NCBI GenBank assembly: GCA_951406725.2
Contig: OX597820.1
Span: forward strand, 92,566,001 to 92,630,000
DNA from: Octopus vulgaris
Taxonomy: Eukaryota
DNA length: 64,000 nucleotides
Direction: 5' to 3'
Every line of letters begins with the position of its first letter. Within the stretch, counting starts at the first letter, position 1. The notes below the pieces were generated by a model, which searched no databases, was not told the origin of the DNA, and saw only the letters and a program-made list of their open reading frames with translations. Positions 1 through 13,918 of this stretch are shown here, piece by piece. Both the position numbers and the translations under genes were made by a program.

Positions 1-159
1 TAAATGGCAAACTAACTCTAATCTATGACGTTAGAAATTATCCAAGTTAATAACTTCGACAATTAACACTAGAACAAGGGGTATACTTCTCGTGACAGTG
101 AACTACTGTACACACTCTACATTTTAACATTTACTGAAGTACGATCAAAAGGTTCCTCC

Positions 160-530
160 CCCCCCCGTCCAATGGACGGTGCTGAGTTGTCAAACATTTA
201 AACCAAGTTGTTTTTCTTAAAACAACTTGTCCGACCGTCCCGTTTTGTGGCATTATTTCAAGCCAGCCGGCTTTTTTTGCAAAAAACTGCACGTGCATTT
301 TTCTCGCGTATGCGTAGTATCGATCGCAACAGCTGATGTACAAATGCACGTTTCCACGGCTTTATCGATCGCATTCCCACCTGGAATTGATTTTTGTAAT
401 TTTTCAAGTCTTATGCACGCCCTGATACCGTCGATATCTACATATCAAATTTGAGCGCAATCGGATGGAGGATGCCCGAGTTCCTAGAAGACACACACGC
501 AGACAGACAGAACAGATTTTATATATTAGA
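160..530 (-). mobile_element. Non-autonomous Helitron-like repeat (5' part); probably continues off the left edge
   Basis: Minus strand starts TCTAATATATAAAA followed by a (CTGT)n-like tract. Clear inverted homology to 15919-16346, and the same 5' style as the complete element at 60273. Confidence 0.55.
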
Positions 531-909
531 TATACTAACTGTGTTCGTTAAATTGTATACGTGAGTTTTGTGATATATGAAAACTGTTAGTAAGAGAATA
601 AAACAAATCTTAAATATTTCATTGAATTTTACACAAACAGTTTACCAAAAAAATAACACTAATGCAATTAGCTTTGCGGGAAAAGCTTGAGAAATGCCTA
701 TCTTCATGTTTGTTTCTTTTATTTGTCTGTGAACACTTCTGTTTAATGGGTTTGAATTCGTTCCTGACTTGGAGATTTCAATAAAAGTATTCTGGTCTGG
801 TTTCAGCCTTACTCAACAACATAAGGTCTTTCCTGCTATGGCTCAAACAATACTACCCAGTTTGCCACAGGTTATGACCCAAGAAGAATGACAATGAATT
901 CTGGTGATA

Positions 910-1405
910 GGATGAGATAGTGACAGTGCTACATTAGAAACTGTGCAAAAAATTGGGGTCTAGACAGAGACAAGACGTGGAATGAGCACAAACCAGAGTC
1001 GCAGAGTCGCAGACCTGTAAGATCCTGTGGCATTTCCCAATCCAAAGAGATAAGGTGTAGAGCATAACAAACCGAACGTAGTGGTCGTGGACAAGATGCG
1101 CCACAGGTGTTATATACTTGATGACACGTGCCCCTTTGTCCCACGAATAGTCAGGAAGGAAGGCGAATAAACAGATATATACAATCTTCTTAAGTATCAA
1201 ATAGCCCGGCTATGGAAAATGAAGACGGTGCCAATTATTGTTGGTTCCTTTGGGACAGTAACAGAATGCATCAAGTTGAATATAAAGGAAATCGGAATAG
1301 AGTGCCCAGTAGAAATGTTACAAAGGTTTTGCCTTCTTGACACGGTCAGAATAATTAGCTCCATGCAAGACTCCAAGAGTTCCAACAAAACATGAGATAA
1401 CGCAG
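910..1405 (+). pseudogene. Degenerate R4/Dong-type retrotransposon 3' fragment (RLE domain)
   Basis: Frame-broken translation reads KILWHFPIQRD..HNKPNVVVVDK..CYILDDTCPF..QIARLWKMKTVPIIVGSFGTV..MLQRFCLL. Followed by (TAA)n. Confidence 0.7.
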
Positions 1406-1406
1406 A

Positions 1407-1418
1407 ATGATTATAACG

Positions 1419-1475
<57 letters not shown>

Positions 1476-1500
1476 TTAATAATAATAATAATAATAATAA
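1407..1500 (+). repeat. (TAA)n microsatellite (retroelement target/tail)
   Basis: Direct reading. Confidence 0.95.
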
Positions 1501-3700
1501 GACCAATAACCTGCCAACAGACCAATAACCTGCCTCCCTACTATGTTCAAGGCATTTACTGCAGTGATATCACAAAGGCTGAACAAGCACCTGGACGAAA
1601 ACAAACTGTTCCCAGAAGAGCAGAAAGGATGCCGCAAAGGCTCATATGGCTGTAAAGATCAACTAATGATTAATAAAGCCGTAACTGAAGACAGCCACAG
1701 AAAGAAGAAAGGTCTCAGTATGGCCTGGATTGACTACAAAAAGGCGTTTGATAGCATCCCCCACACATGGATCCTCGAAACACTAACCATTAACAAAGTA
1801 GCACCAACAATCATAAAATTCATAGAGCACTCTATGAATAAATGGCAAACAGTCCTACACCTCCAAACAAAAGAGGGACTCATGAAAACCAAAGACATCC
1901 CCATTAGAAGAGGAATATTCCAGGGAGATACGCTCTCTCCACTCCTTTTCTGCTTGGCACTGTCACCTCTATCTGATATGCTAAATAGAACTGGATGCGG
2001 ATATAAATGTTACGGCAAAACGATCAGCCACCTTTTATATATGGATGACCTAAAACTATACGCTGCAAATGACAAACAGCTGGAAACACTATTAAAGACA
2101 GTTCATGGATTTACCAAAGAAATAGATATGAAATTTGGATTAGAAAAATGCGCCAAAGTAACCATGAAAAGAGGAAAACTAGTTAAGAGTAACAACATCA
2201 CACTAGATGAAGCAAATGAAATAAAAGAATTAGACCAAAGCCAAACTTACAAATACTTAGGAATCCATGAACTAGATAAGACACAACACACACAAATGAA
2301 AGAGAAAATAAAAAAAGAATATTATAGACGAGTTAGATCAATACTAAACACAGAGCTCAATGCTAAAAACAAGATAATAGGTATCAACACTTTAGCTGTC
2401 CCAGTTATAAGTTACAGCTACAATATCCTTAACTGGACACGAAATGAACTGACCAAAATAGACAGGAAAACAAGAAAAATAATGACAGGATCTAGGATGC
2501 ACCACCCAAAATCTGACATAGAAAGACTATATATACAACGTATAGAAGGTGGTAGAGGCCTTATACAGCTGGAAAACTACTATAAAATAACCACCATAGG
2601 ACTGCAAAAATATCTACTTCAGAAGGAAGGAAAACTGATCCAGATAGCGGCAAAACACGAGCAAAACAAAAAACTGTTCTCAGTATTTAAGGAAGCTGAC
2701 AAATACAAACAAGAAATCGTACCACCTAATAAACATGAAGAAGAAGAAGAAGAAGATGAAGAAACAACAAAAGCTATAAAAAAAATAAAATCCAAAGTAA
2801 AAATAGAACAGCAACGAACCATGATAAAACGATGGCAAGAAAAGCCCCTTCATGGTAAATACTGGACTAAACTAAACGCAAAAGAAATAGACAAAGAAAA
2901 ATCCCAGCAATGGTTGAGAAGCTCAGGACTCAAAGCAGAAACAGAGGGATTTTTAATTGCAGCACAAGACCAAAGCCTCCCCACCAGAAATTACCAAAAA
3001 CATGTAATGAAAAGAAATATTACAAGTAACTGCAGAATATGTGGAGATGGACAAGAAACAATAAATCATATTATCTCTAGCTGCCCAGTCCTGGCTAAGA
3101 AGGAATATATTCACAGACATGACAGAGTTGGAACTTACATACATTGGAAGCTATGCCAACATTATGGAATAACAACAGAAAAAAGATGGTACAGGCACAC
3201 ACCAGAAAAGGTCACAGAAAACGAGAAAGCAACCATACTCTGGGATATGCCGATACACACAGATAGAGAAATTAAGGCCAACAGACCAGATATAGTTGTC
3301 AGAGACCATGAAGAAAAAAAATGCTTTCTAATTGATGTATCAGTACCGGCAGATGACAACGTGTCTCTAAAAGAAATGGAGAAACTCTCAAAATACAAAG
3401 ACCTGGAAATAGAGGTAACTAGAATGTGGAATCTGAAAACAGAAACAATTCCTATCATAGTAGGTGCATTAGGCATGATAAAAAAATATTCAGACAAATA
3501 CATAACAAAAACACCAGGACTTACAAACACATATAACATACAGAAAATTGCACTACTAGGCACTGCACACATCCTACGCAGAGCACTTTCCATACAATAA
3601 CCATCAGAGCATCACAACAAATCACAGCACATACCCAAGGCACACAGAGCTGCGCTCGGTAGTGAAGTGAAAGCACGCTATAAAAATAAAAATAAAACTA

Positions 3701-3703
<3 letters not shown>
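1500..3703 (+). mobile_element. 5'-truncated R4/Dong-clade non-LTR retrotransposon (family A), with ~100-bp 3' UTR
   Basis: Flanked on both sides by (TAA)n. Contains the uninterrupted RT-RLE ORF. The 3' UTR 3601-3703 matches 5142-5237. Confidence 0.92.
1543..3600 (+). CDS. Reverse transcriptase + CCHC zinc knuckle + restriction-like endonuclease (N-terminally truncated)
   Basis: Motifs [76 protein letters not shown]. 685 aa without a stop. Confidence 0.93.
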   Translation: MFKAFTAVISQRLNKHLDENKLFPEEQKGCRKGSYGCKDQLMINKAVTEDSHRKKKGLSMAWIDYKKAFDSIPHTWILETLTINKVAPTIIKFIEHSMNKWQTVLHLQTKEGLMKTKDIPIRRGIFQGDTLSPLLFCLALSPLSDMLNRTGCGYKCYGKTISHLLYMDDLKLYAANDKQLETLLKTVHGFTKEIDMKFGLEKCAKVTMKRGKLVKSNNITLDEANEIKELDQSQTYKYLGIHELDKTQHTQMKEKIKKEYYRRVRSILNTELNAKNKIIGINTLAVPVISYSYNILNWTRNELTKIDRKTRKIMTGSRMHHPKSDIERLYIQRIEGGRGLIQLENYYKITTIGLQKYLLQKEGKLIQIAAKHEQNKKLFSVFKEADKYKQEIVPPNKHEEEEEEDEETTKAIKKIKSKVKIEQQRTMIKRWQEKPLHGKYWTKLNAKEIDKEKSQQWLRSSGLKAETEGFLIAAQDQSLPTRNYQKHVMKRNITSNCRICGDGQETINHIISSCPVLAKKEYIHRHDRVGTYIHWKLCQHYGITTEKRWYRHTPEKVTENEKATILWDMPIHTDREIKANRPDIVVRDHEEKKCFLIDVSVPADDNVSLKEMEKLSKYKDLEIEVTRMWNLKTETIPIIVGALGMIKKYSDKYITKTPGLTNTYNIQKIALLGTAHILRRALSIQ

Positions 3704-3775
<72 letters not shown>
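3704..3775 (+). repeat. (TAA)n microsatellite
   Basis: Direct reading. Confidence 0.95.
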
Positions 3776-3776
<1 letters not shown>

Positions 3777-4351
3777 TCTGGCACAACGCGAATACAATTG
3801 ACAAAACGGGAGTATAAAAGACTCCATGGCAATGGGGAAAGACTGATCCATTGGGAGCTCTGTGGAAGCAGCAAAAGCGTGGTATGAGAAAACCCCAGAA
3901 GGAGTCATCGAAAATGAGAATTGCAAAGTTCTGTGAGATGCAACGATCCAATGCGATCACCTTGACCAGACATCAGAGACCGGATATTCTTGTGGTGAAT
4001 AAAAGGGAAAGAACATGCATGATAACCGACATAGCATGTTCCGGTGACAAAAGGATCAATGTGAAAGAAGAAAAAAAACAAAAACAAGTATGACAATTTG
4101 AAATTGGAAATACGAAGGTTGTGGTCAATGAGGAGAGTAGACGTGATACCAATAGTAATTGGTGCACTTGGATGCAGGTACTCAACTACATGCATGGTTG
4201 AAAAAGACTGGTGCAAGTGGGAATGTAGAACACCTATAAAATCAGCATTGCTTCGAACTGCAAGAATTCTTCGCAGGGTTCTTGAAGTATGATCAGTAAA
4301 CAAGTGTGACATCTTCCATCACACCCAGGAAAATACGCTGTGAGCTTTCAT
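3777..4351 (+). pseudogene. Degenerate R4-type RLE-domain 3' fragment (different family)
   Basis: WYEKTPEGVIENENCKVL, RHQRPDILVVNK..CMITDIAC, KLEIRRLW..VIPIVIGALG..TARILRRVLEV. Lies between TAA tracts. Confidence 0.8.
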
Positions 4352-4493
4352 CAAATAATAGTAATAATAATACAAATAATAAGAATAATAATAACAACAA
4401 CAACAAAAATGGCAATAATCATAATAATAATAATAGTAATAATAATAATAATGATAATAATAATGATAATAATAATTAATAATAATAATGATG

Positions 4494-4570
<77 letters not shown>

Positions 4571-4596
4571 AATGATAATGATATTAATAATAATAA

Positions 4597-5237
4597 TGGA
4601 CAAGAAACAAAAAAACATATTTCTCTGGCTGTTCAGTTTAGGCTAAGAAGGAATTTATTCACAGACACGACAGAGTTGGGATCTATATACACTAGAGGCT
4701 ATGCCAACACTCTGGAATGATAACAGAAAAATCGATTGTATAGGCACACGCCAGAAAAAGTTACAGAAAATTAGGGGTATTCCAATACACACAGATATGG
4801 GGTATACCAATACACACAGATAGGGAAATTAAGGCCAATAGGCCGGATATAGTTGGCAGTGATCAAGAAAAAATTGCTTTCTAATTGATGTATCACTACC
4901 AACATAAGACAATGTTTCTCTAAAAGAAATGGGGAAACTTTCAAAATACAAAGACCTGGAAATGAGGTAACTCGAATGTGGAATTTAAAGACAGAAACAA
5001 TTCCTATCATATTAGGCGCATTAGGCATGATGAAAAAGGAATATTCAGACAAATATATTACAAAAATACCAGGACTAACACATATATAACACACAGAAAA
5101 TAGCAATACTAGGCACCGCACTCATCCTACGTGAAACACCTTCAATACAGTAGTAATAAGAGCATCACAACAAGCCACAGCACATACTCAAGGAATACAG
5201 AGCTGCGTTTGGTAGTGCAGTGAAAGCATGTGATAAA
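4597..5237 (+). pseudogene. Degenerate second copy of family A 3' end
   Basis: Colinear nucleotide similarity to about 3048-3690, including the 3' UTR (gagcatcacaacaa...cagagctgcg...ggtagtg.agtgaaagca). Frameshifted. Confidence 0.88.
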
Positions 5238-5319
<82 letters not shown>

Positions 5320-5339
5320 GTAATAATAATAATAATAAT

Positions 5340-5513
5340 GACCTGCAAGGTCATGTGCTGTTTATCTTGATATGAGATCACCATGTCGCGCACATATGGT
5401 TGTGATGCATGTGCCTGGTGTACCCTTATCAGACGGGTAGTCATGATGGGTATGCTGGGCTTCGTATATTTTATCCCAGTGTCACTTTGATGGCATGCAC
5501 TGCTCTCTCACTC
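5340..5513 (+). mobile_element. 3' fragment of TAA-associated non-coding element (family E)
   Basis: Matches 33259-33605 once the SINE insert is removed. Ends gcatgcactgctctctcactc + (TAA)n. Confidence 0.85.
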
Positions 5514-5571
5514 AATAACAATAATAATAATAATAATAATATTAATGATAATGATAATAATAATAATAATG

Positions 5572-7949
<2,378 letters not shown>

Positions 7950-8328
7950 CCTGAGCTTTGTTTCTATTATAATAATAGCAATTACTTCAAATTTAGACAC
8001 AAGACCAATAATTTTAAGGAGTCCTAATATTTGAGTGGTACTTAAAATTATTGCTATAAATTCAGGACGTAAAGGACCGGAATTCCCGAAATCTAGCGGG
8101 CCTTGTAAGCGAAGGCTTCCTTTTATAATACTAGTTAGAGAAGTTATAAAAATGTCGATACAGCTATCTCTTAACAGAATTAATAAAATTAGCTGTAGAT
8201 GGCTGTGGTAGAATCGAAAATAGGGAAATATAGATGCTTATGTTCCTATTACGTAATTTACTGCTTTGTTCATAGTCTCAGCCATGTAGTCCTGTAAGAT
8301 ATGTGTATTTAAAGCAAGACATGCGCTA

Positions 8329-8537
8329 GAGGGTTCTGAAAAGTTCCTAGCCTTGGATAAAAGAAAATACAGGATCAGTTAATTATGATTTTATTCAACA
8401 TATTCCCCTCTGAGCTTCATACAATTATTGCAGCGGTCCTTCGATTTCTCTAAACCTTGTAAAAGAACTCGGGAAATTTGGGCCTCCAGCCAGACCTGTT
8501 GCAGTACCTTAAAGCCAGGAACTTTTCAATATCTCTG
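8329..8537. mobile_element. Mariner-like MITE
   Basis: Imperfect terminal inverted repeats gagggttctgaaaagttcctagcctt / aaagccaggaacttttcaatatctc, preceded by TA. Confidence 0.55.
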
Positions 8538-9385
8538 AAATATATTCTAAGTGTATGCGTCATCGCATAGTCATGTTTGTTTTATTTAGGTGTGAAGTTA
8601 GTACTCGGGGATTTCACATCACATATATGCATTGTCTTTCTTTGTCCTTACAGATATATGATTTCTTATGTGCAATACTTGACCAAAGTATTCAATTAGA
8701 GATTGTATTCTATACAAAATATCTGTACAGAATATGTCCGTGTGTATATGCGACACTTTCATATATGCACTCAAATTAGATTGATGTTGCATATATAACA
8801 TAATCTAAAATATGTCAAGCTATATATGTCGATTTGTCTGTGAGACTATGTCTACCTATATTTTCCATATTCTATCATATAGATCGTTCTTTTTCATTAA
8901 TTATATGTCTATTTCTTTTACACTATTGCCCTGACCCCTTCACAAAATCCATCTGTCTTTTTCCTTTACCATATATCTAGGTGTCTCTCATTTATGGTCT
9001 GTATGAATATAAGTTTCACCTTGTATCTATCACATCGGTGTATTTTATCGTTATTTGTCAGTTTCGCTGTATGAAAATTCATTATATTTTGACGTCCGTC
9101 TGTATATATGTATATAAGTATGAATGCGTGTATATATTTTGCTTTTGTGTACATATATATAATACACAAAAACAGACACGTTTGTGTGTGTGTGACTGTG
9201 TTTGTGTGTATGTGTAGGTAAATTAAATAATGCTTACTGTTATGTACGTTAACGACACGAGATGATTATTTACCTGCTTGCAGTCAAATCAAAATATGTA
9301 ACGACCTATTTTGTCATTATATATATACATATATATATACGAGCAAAGTGGATATCGAAGCACATAACGCTATAGATAATAGCGT

Positions 9386-9705
9386 GCTTTGTGGTAACCA
9401 GTCTGCATCTCAGTCGCATGATTCCTGCTTCAGTCCCACAGCTTGGCAACTTCGGCAAGTGGCTTCTACTTTAGCCCTAGGCCAACCAATTGGAGAGGAT
9501 TTGCTTGAGGAAAACTGAATTTTAAGAGAATCGATTGTTTACGTCCTCGTAAATAAGCTGCTCGACTTAAAGCACCGAAAGAAAAATTACCTGTCTGTAA
9601 AATATTAGTACTTGGGCCGATTTCCTCGACTAAATCATTCAAAACGGAGCCCCAGCATGGCCGCAGTCCAACGACTGGAAGAAATGTAAGATAAAAAAAT
9701 AAAAG
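9386..9705 (+). mobile_element. Degenerate SINE (same family as 46458-46873)
   Basis: gtggtaa...cagtcccac...ttcggcaagtg.cttcta..tagccc and ccagcatggccgcagtc match the reverse complement of the 46.5-kb copy. Confidence 0.6.
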
Positions 9706-10290
9706 TGAAATTATTTTCGGCTAAATTTGACGTGATATGTACAACTGCAACAGAGAGTAATACCTCACGACCAAGAGGAAAGGACACATCAGTCGCCGTG
9801 GCTGTTTCCGCACGCCGGAATTCATTCTTCTTCAACCTTGAACTTGTATTTTTGGATGATGTATTGTAGCCGAACCCTGCCGGGTTTGGATGCTCTGCAT
9901 TGATAAGGGGAAGCAGCTGACCTCCCCTGTTCGAAGGTTATAATGGACACAGGTTCGTGTGTCACATAGCTAGCTAGAGGCGATGGCCTCTTGCAGCTAA
10001 TCAACGGCAGCATTCGTCCTATATTTCTGACTGACATATTAGCTTGGCGATAACTATTAGTATTGTATTTTGTTTTCCTTTTATGCAAGCTGTCGAATTT
10101 AGACTGTATGTCTATCTGACTATCACTTTTTCCGGTATCTTTCTAAATATGCCTTTGCGCATTTTCTAAGCATAAATAACTATCTCACAGATTGTGGTTG
10201 CGTTTTAAAAAATTTCTGAGCGAAAGAAACAACCAAGAAGTATTTTATTGCCTTTTGGTGTTTTCGAATTAATATGAACATGCGAGTTTT

Positions 10291-10495
10291 AAGGCAGAAT
10301 CGTTAGCATGCCATGCAAAATATTTAGCGGCATTTCGTTCATCTTTACGTTCTGAGTTCAAATTCCGCGAGGTCAACTCCCCCTTTTATCCTTACGGGGT
10401 CGATAAAATAAGTACTAGTTGCGTATTGCGGTCTATGTAATCAACTATTCCCCTCCCCCGATATTGCTGGCCTTGTACCAAAATATGAAACCAAA
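10291..10495 (+). mobile_element. tRNA-derived SINE (octopus OK-like family)
   Basis: ggcagaatcgttagca...gttctgagttcaaattccgc.gaggtc...ggggtcgataaa; B-box GTTCAAATTCC. Confidence 0.75.
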
Positions 10496-11222
10496 TTTTA
10501 AACCAATACGGACAAGTGTGTAATTGAGTCAGAATTTTTCTGTTCATACTCACAATCAGAGAATTATATGAAATTTTTCCTTCTAATTTTGAAATTCTGA
10601 AAATTAAATCTAAAATCAGAAACCAATGTATTATAATCCTTCAGTGGATTTACAGTCACAAAATTAGTGTTCGGTCATTTGTAATATTGCCTCGTAATTA
10701 AACTTTCATTTTGAAAATAAGTCATTTAACGGTGTATCTCAAAATGAATACAACCATAAATAATAGCTTGTTATATGGGTTAATAAAAAAAACTCCTTGG
10801 ATGGAAAAACATGCTGAAAATTAATCGCTCTGTTATGTTTTTTTTAATCATCAAATGACGTAACAATAGGTTAAATCCCTGTGGGTTTAATCAACGTAAT
10901 AATCATTAATCTAAAAGTAGTACTCGAAATTCCTATACCGACGTTTGCCTACAGAACAGAACATGGTATTGTAAATGACGTAAAAGTAATTATCTAGAAA
11001 ATCTAAATGAATTCAACCTTGTATTTCTCATTATTTTAAGAATGATAACGATTTTTCTCAGTGCCTTCGCTGAACGTTCAGTATTTAAAAGGTGCGAGCG
11101 GTTATACATTCATGATATTTAACCAGAAATTGTTAAAGTGTTTGAGGGTGTATGAAAGTATGCATAGTTATGAATCATGACCAGAAAAATGCAGCGATAT
11201 CACGTGAAAATATTAGAGATCA

Positions 11223-11426
11223 TTCTTTTATTCTTTTACTTATTTCAGTCATTTGACGACTGTCTTGCTGGAGCAATGCTTTAAAGAGTTTTAGTCGAAG
11301 AAATCGACCCCAAGATTTAATCCTTGTAAGCCTAGTACTTACCCTATCGGTCTCTTTTGCCGAACCGCTAAGTTATGCTGATATAGACACCCCAACATCG
11401 ATTGTCAAGCAATGGTGGTGACAAAC

Positions 11427-11428
<2 letters not shown>
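11223..11428 (-). mobile_element. SINE 3' half (same family as 46458-46873)
   Basis: ttcttttattcttttact...ttagtcga...cctagtactt...gccgaaccgctaagtt shared with 37680 and 46458. Confidence 0.75.
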
Positions 11429-11457
<29 letters not shown>

Positions 11458-11561
11458 CCGGAGTAAACACATAAATGTGAAACAAGGTGGAAAAAAGAGT
11501 ACTCAAATACCAGTGGTAGAGTAATATGCTTTATTTTAAGCAGCAGAAAATTCAACAAAAT

Positions 11562-11599
11562 CTGTTACTCTGAGTTTCTCGTTGCCGTTCATCAGACAG
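11562..11599 (-). ncRNA. Minimal type I hammerhead ribozyme motif
   Basis: Reverse complement of the 11813-11850 motif. Confidence 0.8.
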
Positions 11600-11812
11600 T
11601 TTTTATTCAATGTAAGGTTTTTTCCTCGGATTTTATCATTTTTATAAGCTTTTTTATATATATATACATATATTTTTGACCTTTTTGTTTATCGCTCGAA
11701 GATTGACCGTTTTTTTCTAAAGGGCCAATCAAACAAGTCCATTTCTTTTTAAAGGTGTAGCGTTTGTAAGAGTCTAGATTGAATTGATATATCGGTTCCA
11801 TTCTAACAAAAA

Positions 11813-11850
11813 CTGTCTGATGAACGGCAACGAGAAACTCAGAGTAACAG
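11813..11850 (+). ncRNA. Minimal type I hammerhead ribozyme motif
   Basis: CTGT-CTGATGA-ACG GCAA CGA-GAAA-CTC A GAG-TA-ACAG: stem I CTGT/ACAG, intact core, near-palindromic stem III, GUA cleavage triplet. Confidence 0.82.
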
Positions 11851-11882
11851 ATTTTGTTGAATTTTCTGCTGCTTAAAATAAA

Positions 11883-11958
<76 letters not shown>

Positions 11959-11963
<5 letters not shown>

Positions 11964-12376
11964 TTAATATAAAATATAAATTACAAAGTGGGACAAGAAC
12001 GCAGAAACACACAAGGAGACGACACAAAAAACCGACGGGTCACTCGAAGCCTCTAATCTTCAGTCGGGAACCGGATCATCTTAGTAATTTCGACTGTTTA
12101 ATCTCGATATCACTCCGATCCGGCCAGCCCCAAGGAAAATCCAAGCCACAGGCATTGGATTTCTTGGAAAGAGGGTTGAATGTATACAGAACAAAGACAG
12201 GATGCCACACGAATGTAAATACAAGAAACAAAAATATATATAAAAAACAGAAATAAAAAACACGAAGGTGGACAGTACAAGGACAGGAGCGCCTTACGAC
12301 TTTAGACAATTTTTAACTTATCTTGGCTGGCGTAAATGAAAAAAAAGCCTTCAACGGCAAAAACGAAAACAACGTG
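11959..12376 (-). repeat. (TA)n-flanked dispersed repeat, homologous to 28461-28860; possibly a Penelope-like 3' end
   Basis: ggacaagaac...gagacgacacaa...tcgaagcc...gatcatcttag.aatttcg shared by both copies, both embedded in (TA)n. Confidence 0.65.
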
Positions 12377-12999
12377 ATATATATATATATATATACGATG
12401 GGCTTGTCTCACTACGGTGTGTCGCTTTCAGTTTCGTCTACCATAATCACTTTGATCAAATTCCGTTAAGTTCAGTCTTGCTTTTCCTTTTAGTGTCAAT
12501 AAAATAAGTACCAGTTGATCACTGGGGTCGTTGTAATCGAATTACCCTCTCCTACAATTCCTGGTCTTATGCACAAATCTGAAATCATTACGCGCGTGTA
12601 TGTGTGTTTATGCTCTTATTGATATATTTGTTCATTTCACTATGTTTTTATATACATAACCATCGCTTTGGTTTCTTACCATAATTTCTTCTTAATCTTT
12701 ACATTCTCATATGCATATACAAACTTCAAATATCTGTTTATTTAATCGCCTACCTGAATGCTATTTTATATGTATATTGTATTGTCTGTTCTGCACCTGC
12801 ATACAATAATTATATAATTATGCATGTGTATGTCTGTGTGTGAACATGTGTGTTTATATGTCTATGTATCTATGCCTAAGAGTGTATGGCTCTATTCATG
12901 TATGTAGGTGTGTGTAATTATATTTATGTACGTGTATGTCTCTCTCTCTATATATATACACACACACAGCCACACTCACACAGATACAATATATATACT

Positions 13000-13038
<39 letters not shown>

Positions 13039-13298
13039 AGAGAGAGGGACAGAGACAGATGGAGACATGGAAGGAACTAGAAAAAGAGAGAGAGAGATAA
13101 CATATATATTAACTGATTTTATTGTGAGCTTCCAAGGATTTTCAGCAAGTGACCGGCTTATTCTCACTATAAAATATTTGTCTGTTTCTTTTTCATGTCT
13201 CCATTGGATTTGTTATTTATTATTCTGTATTTGAGTGTAAGTAAATATAAATGTGCTACCATACATAATCAGATTTAAAATCTAAATACTATATACAG

Positions 13299-13342
<44 letters not shown>

Positions 13343-13512
13343 CATGAGGGACTAAAGCCATCTGAATATGGCTAGGGACAGGGCAGGGTGGTGGGGGGGT
13401 TACTGTTGCATTTAGCCCCAGGCGAACATCGACGTCGCCAGATAGGCTTGACACCATCACGGTGTCCTTTAACCTGCAAAGGGAGATAATTCCCCGATGA
13501 AGCGGAAACCAC

Positions 13513-13556
13513 ACACGAACCATGGTTTCAAGGTGTATTGCCTATCATCAACGTGC
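13513..13556 (-). ncRNA. Type I hammerhead motif (UUGAUGA core variant, GUU site)
   Basis: GCACG-TTGATGA-T AGG CAATACA CCT T-GAAA-CCATGG-TT-CGTGT. Confidence 0.65.
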
Positions 13557-13874
13557 GGTAGGCCCCCGATTCCTCGACAAAATCTCACTCTGCAGGATAT
13601 TCATATATAGATTTTCAAGCAAAATACATTTGCTGATTTCGAAAATCTGTTCGACAGCAATAATAATTCTCTAAATGAGATATAGACAGTAACTGCTCCA
13701 TAACATGAGGGACTAAAGCCATCTGAATATGGCTAGGGACAGGGCAGGGTGGTGGGGGTGTTACTGTTGCATTTAGCCCCCAGGCGAACATCAACGTCGC
13801 CAGATAGGCTTGACACCATCACGGTGTCCTTTAACCTGCAAAGGGAGATAATTCCCCGATGAAGCGGAAACCAC

Positions 13875-13918
13875 ACACGGACCATGGTTTCAAGGTGTAT
13901 TGCCTATCATCAACGTGC
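13875..13918 (-). ncRNA. Type I hammerhead motif (UUGAUGA core variant, GUC site)
   Basis: GCACG-TTGATGA-T AGG CAATACA CCT T-GAAA-CCATGG-TC-CGTGT. Palindromic stem III ACCATGGT. Confidence 0.7.

Larger units (their letters stand above)
11458..11883. mobile_element. Penelope-like non-autonomous element: 76-bp perfect inverted arms plus ~70-bp tail, in (TA)n
   Basis: 11529-11604 is the exact reverse complement of 11808-11883. Second copy at 47373-47584. The arms carry a hammerhead. Confidence 0.8.
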
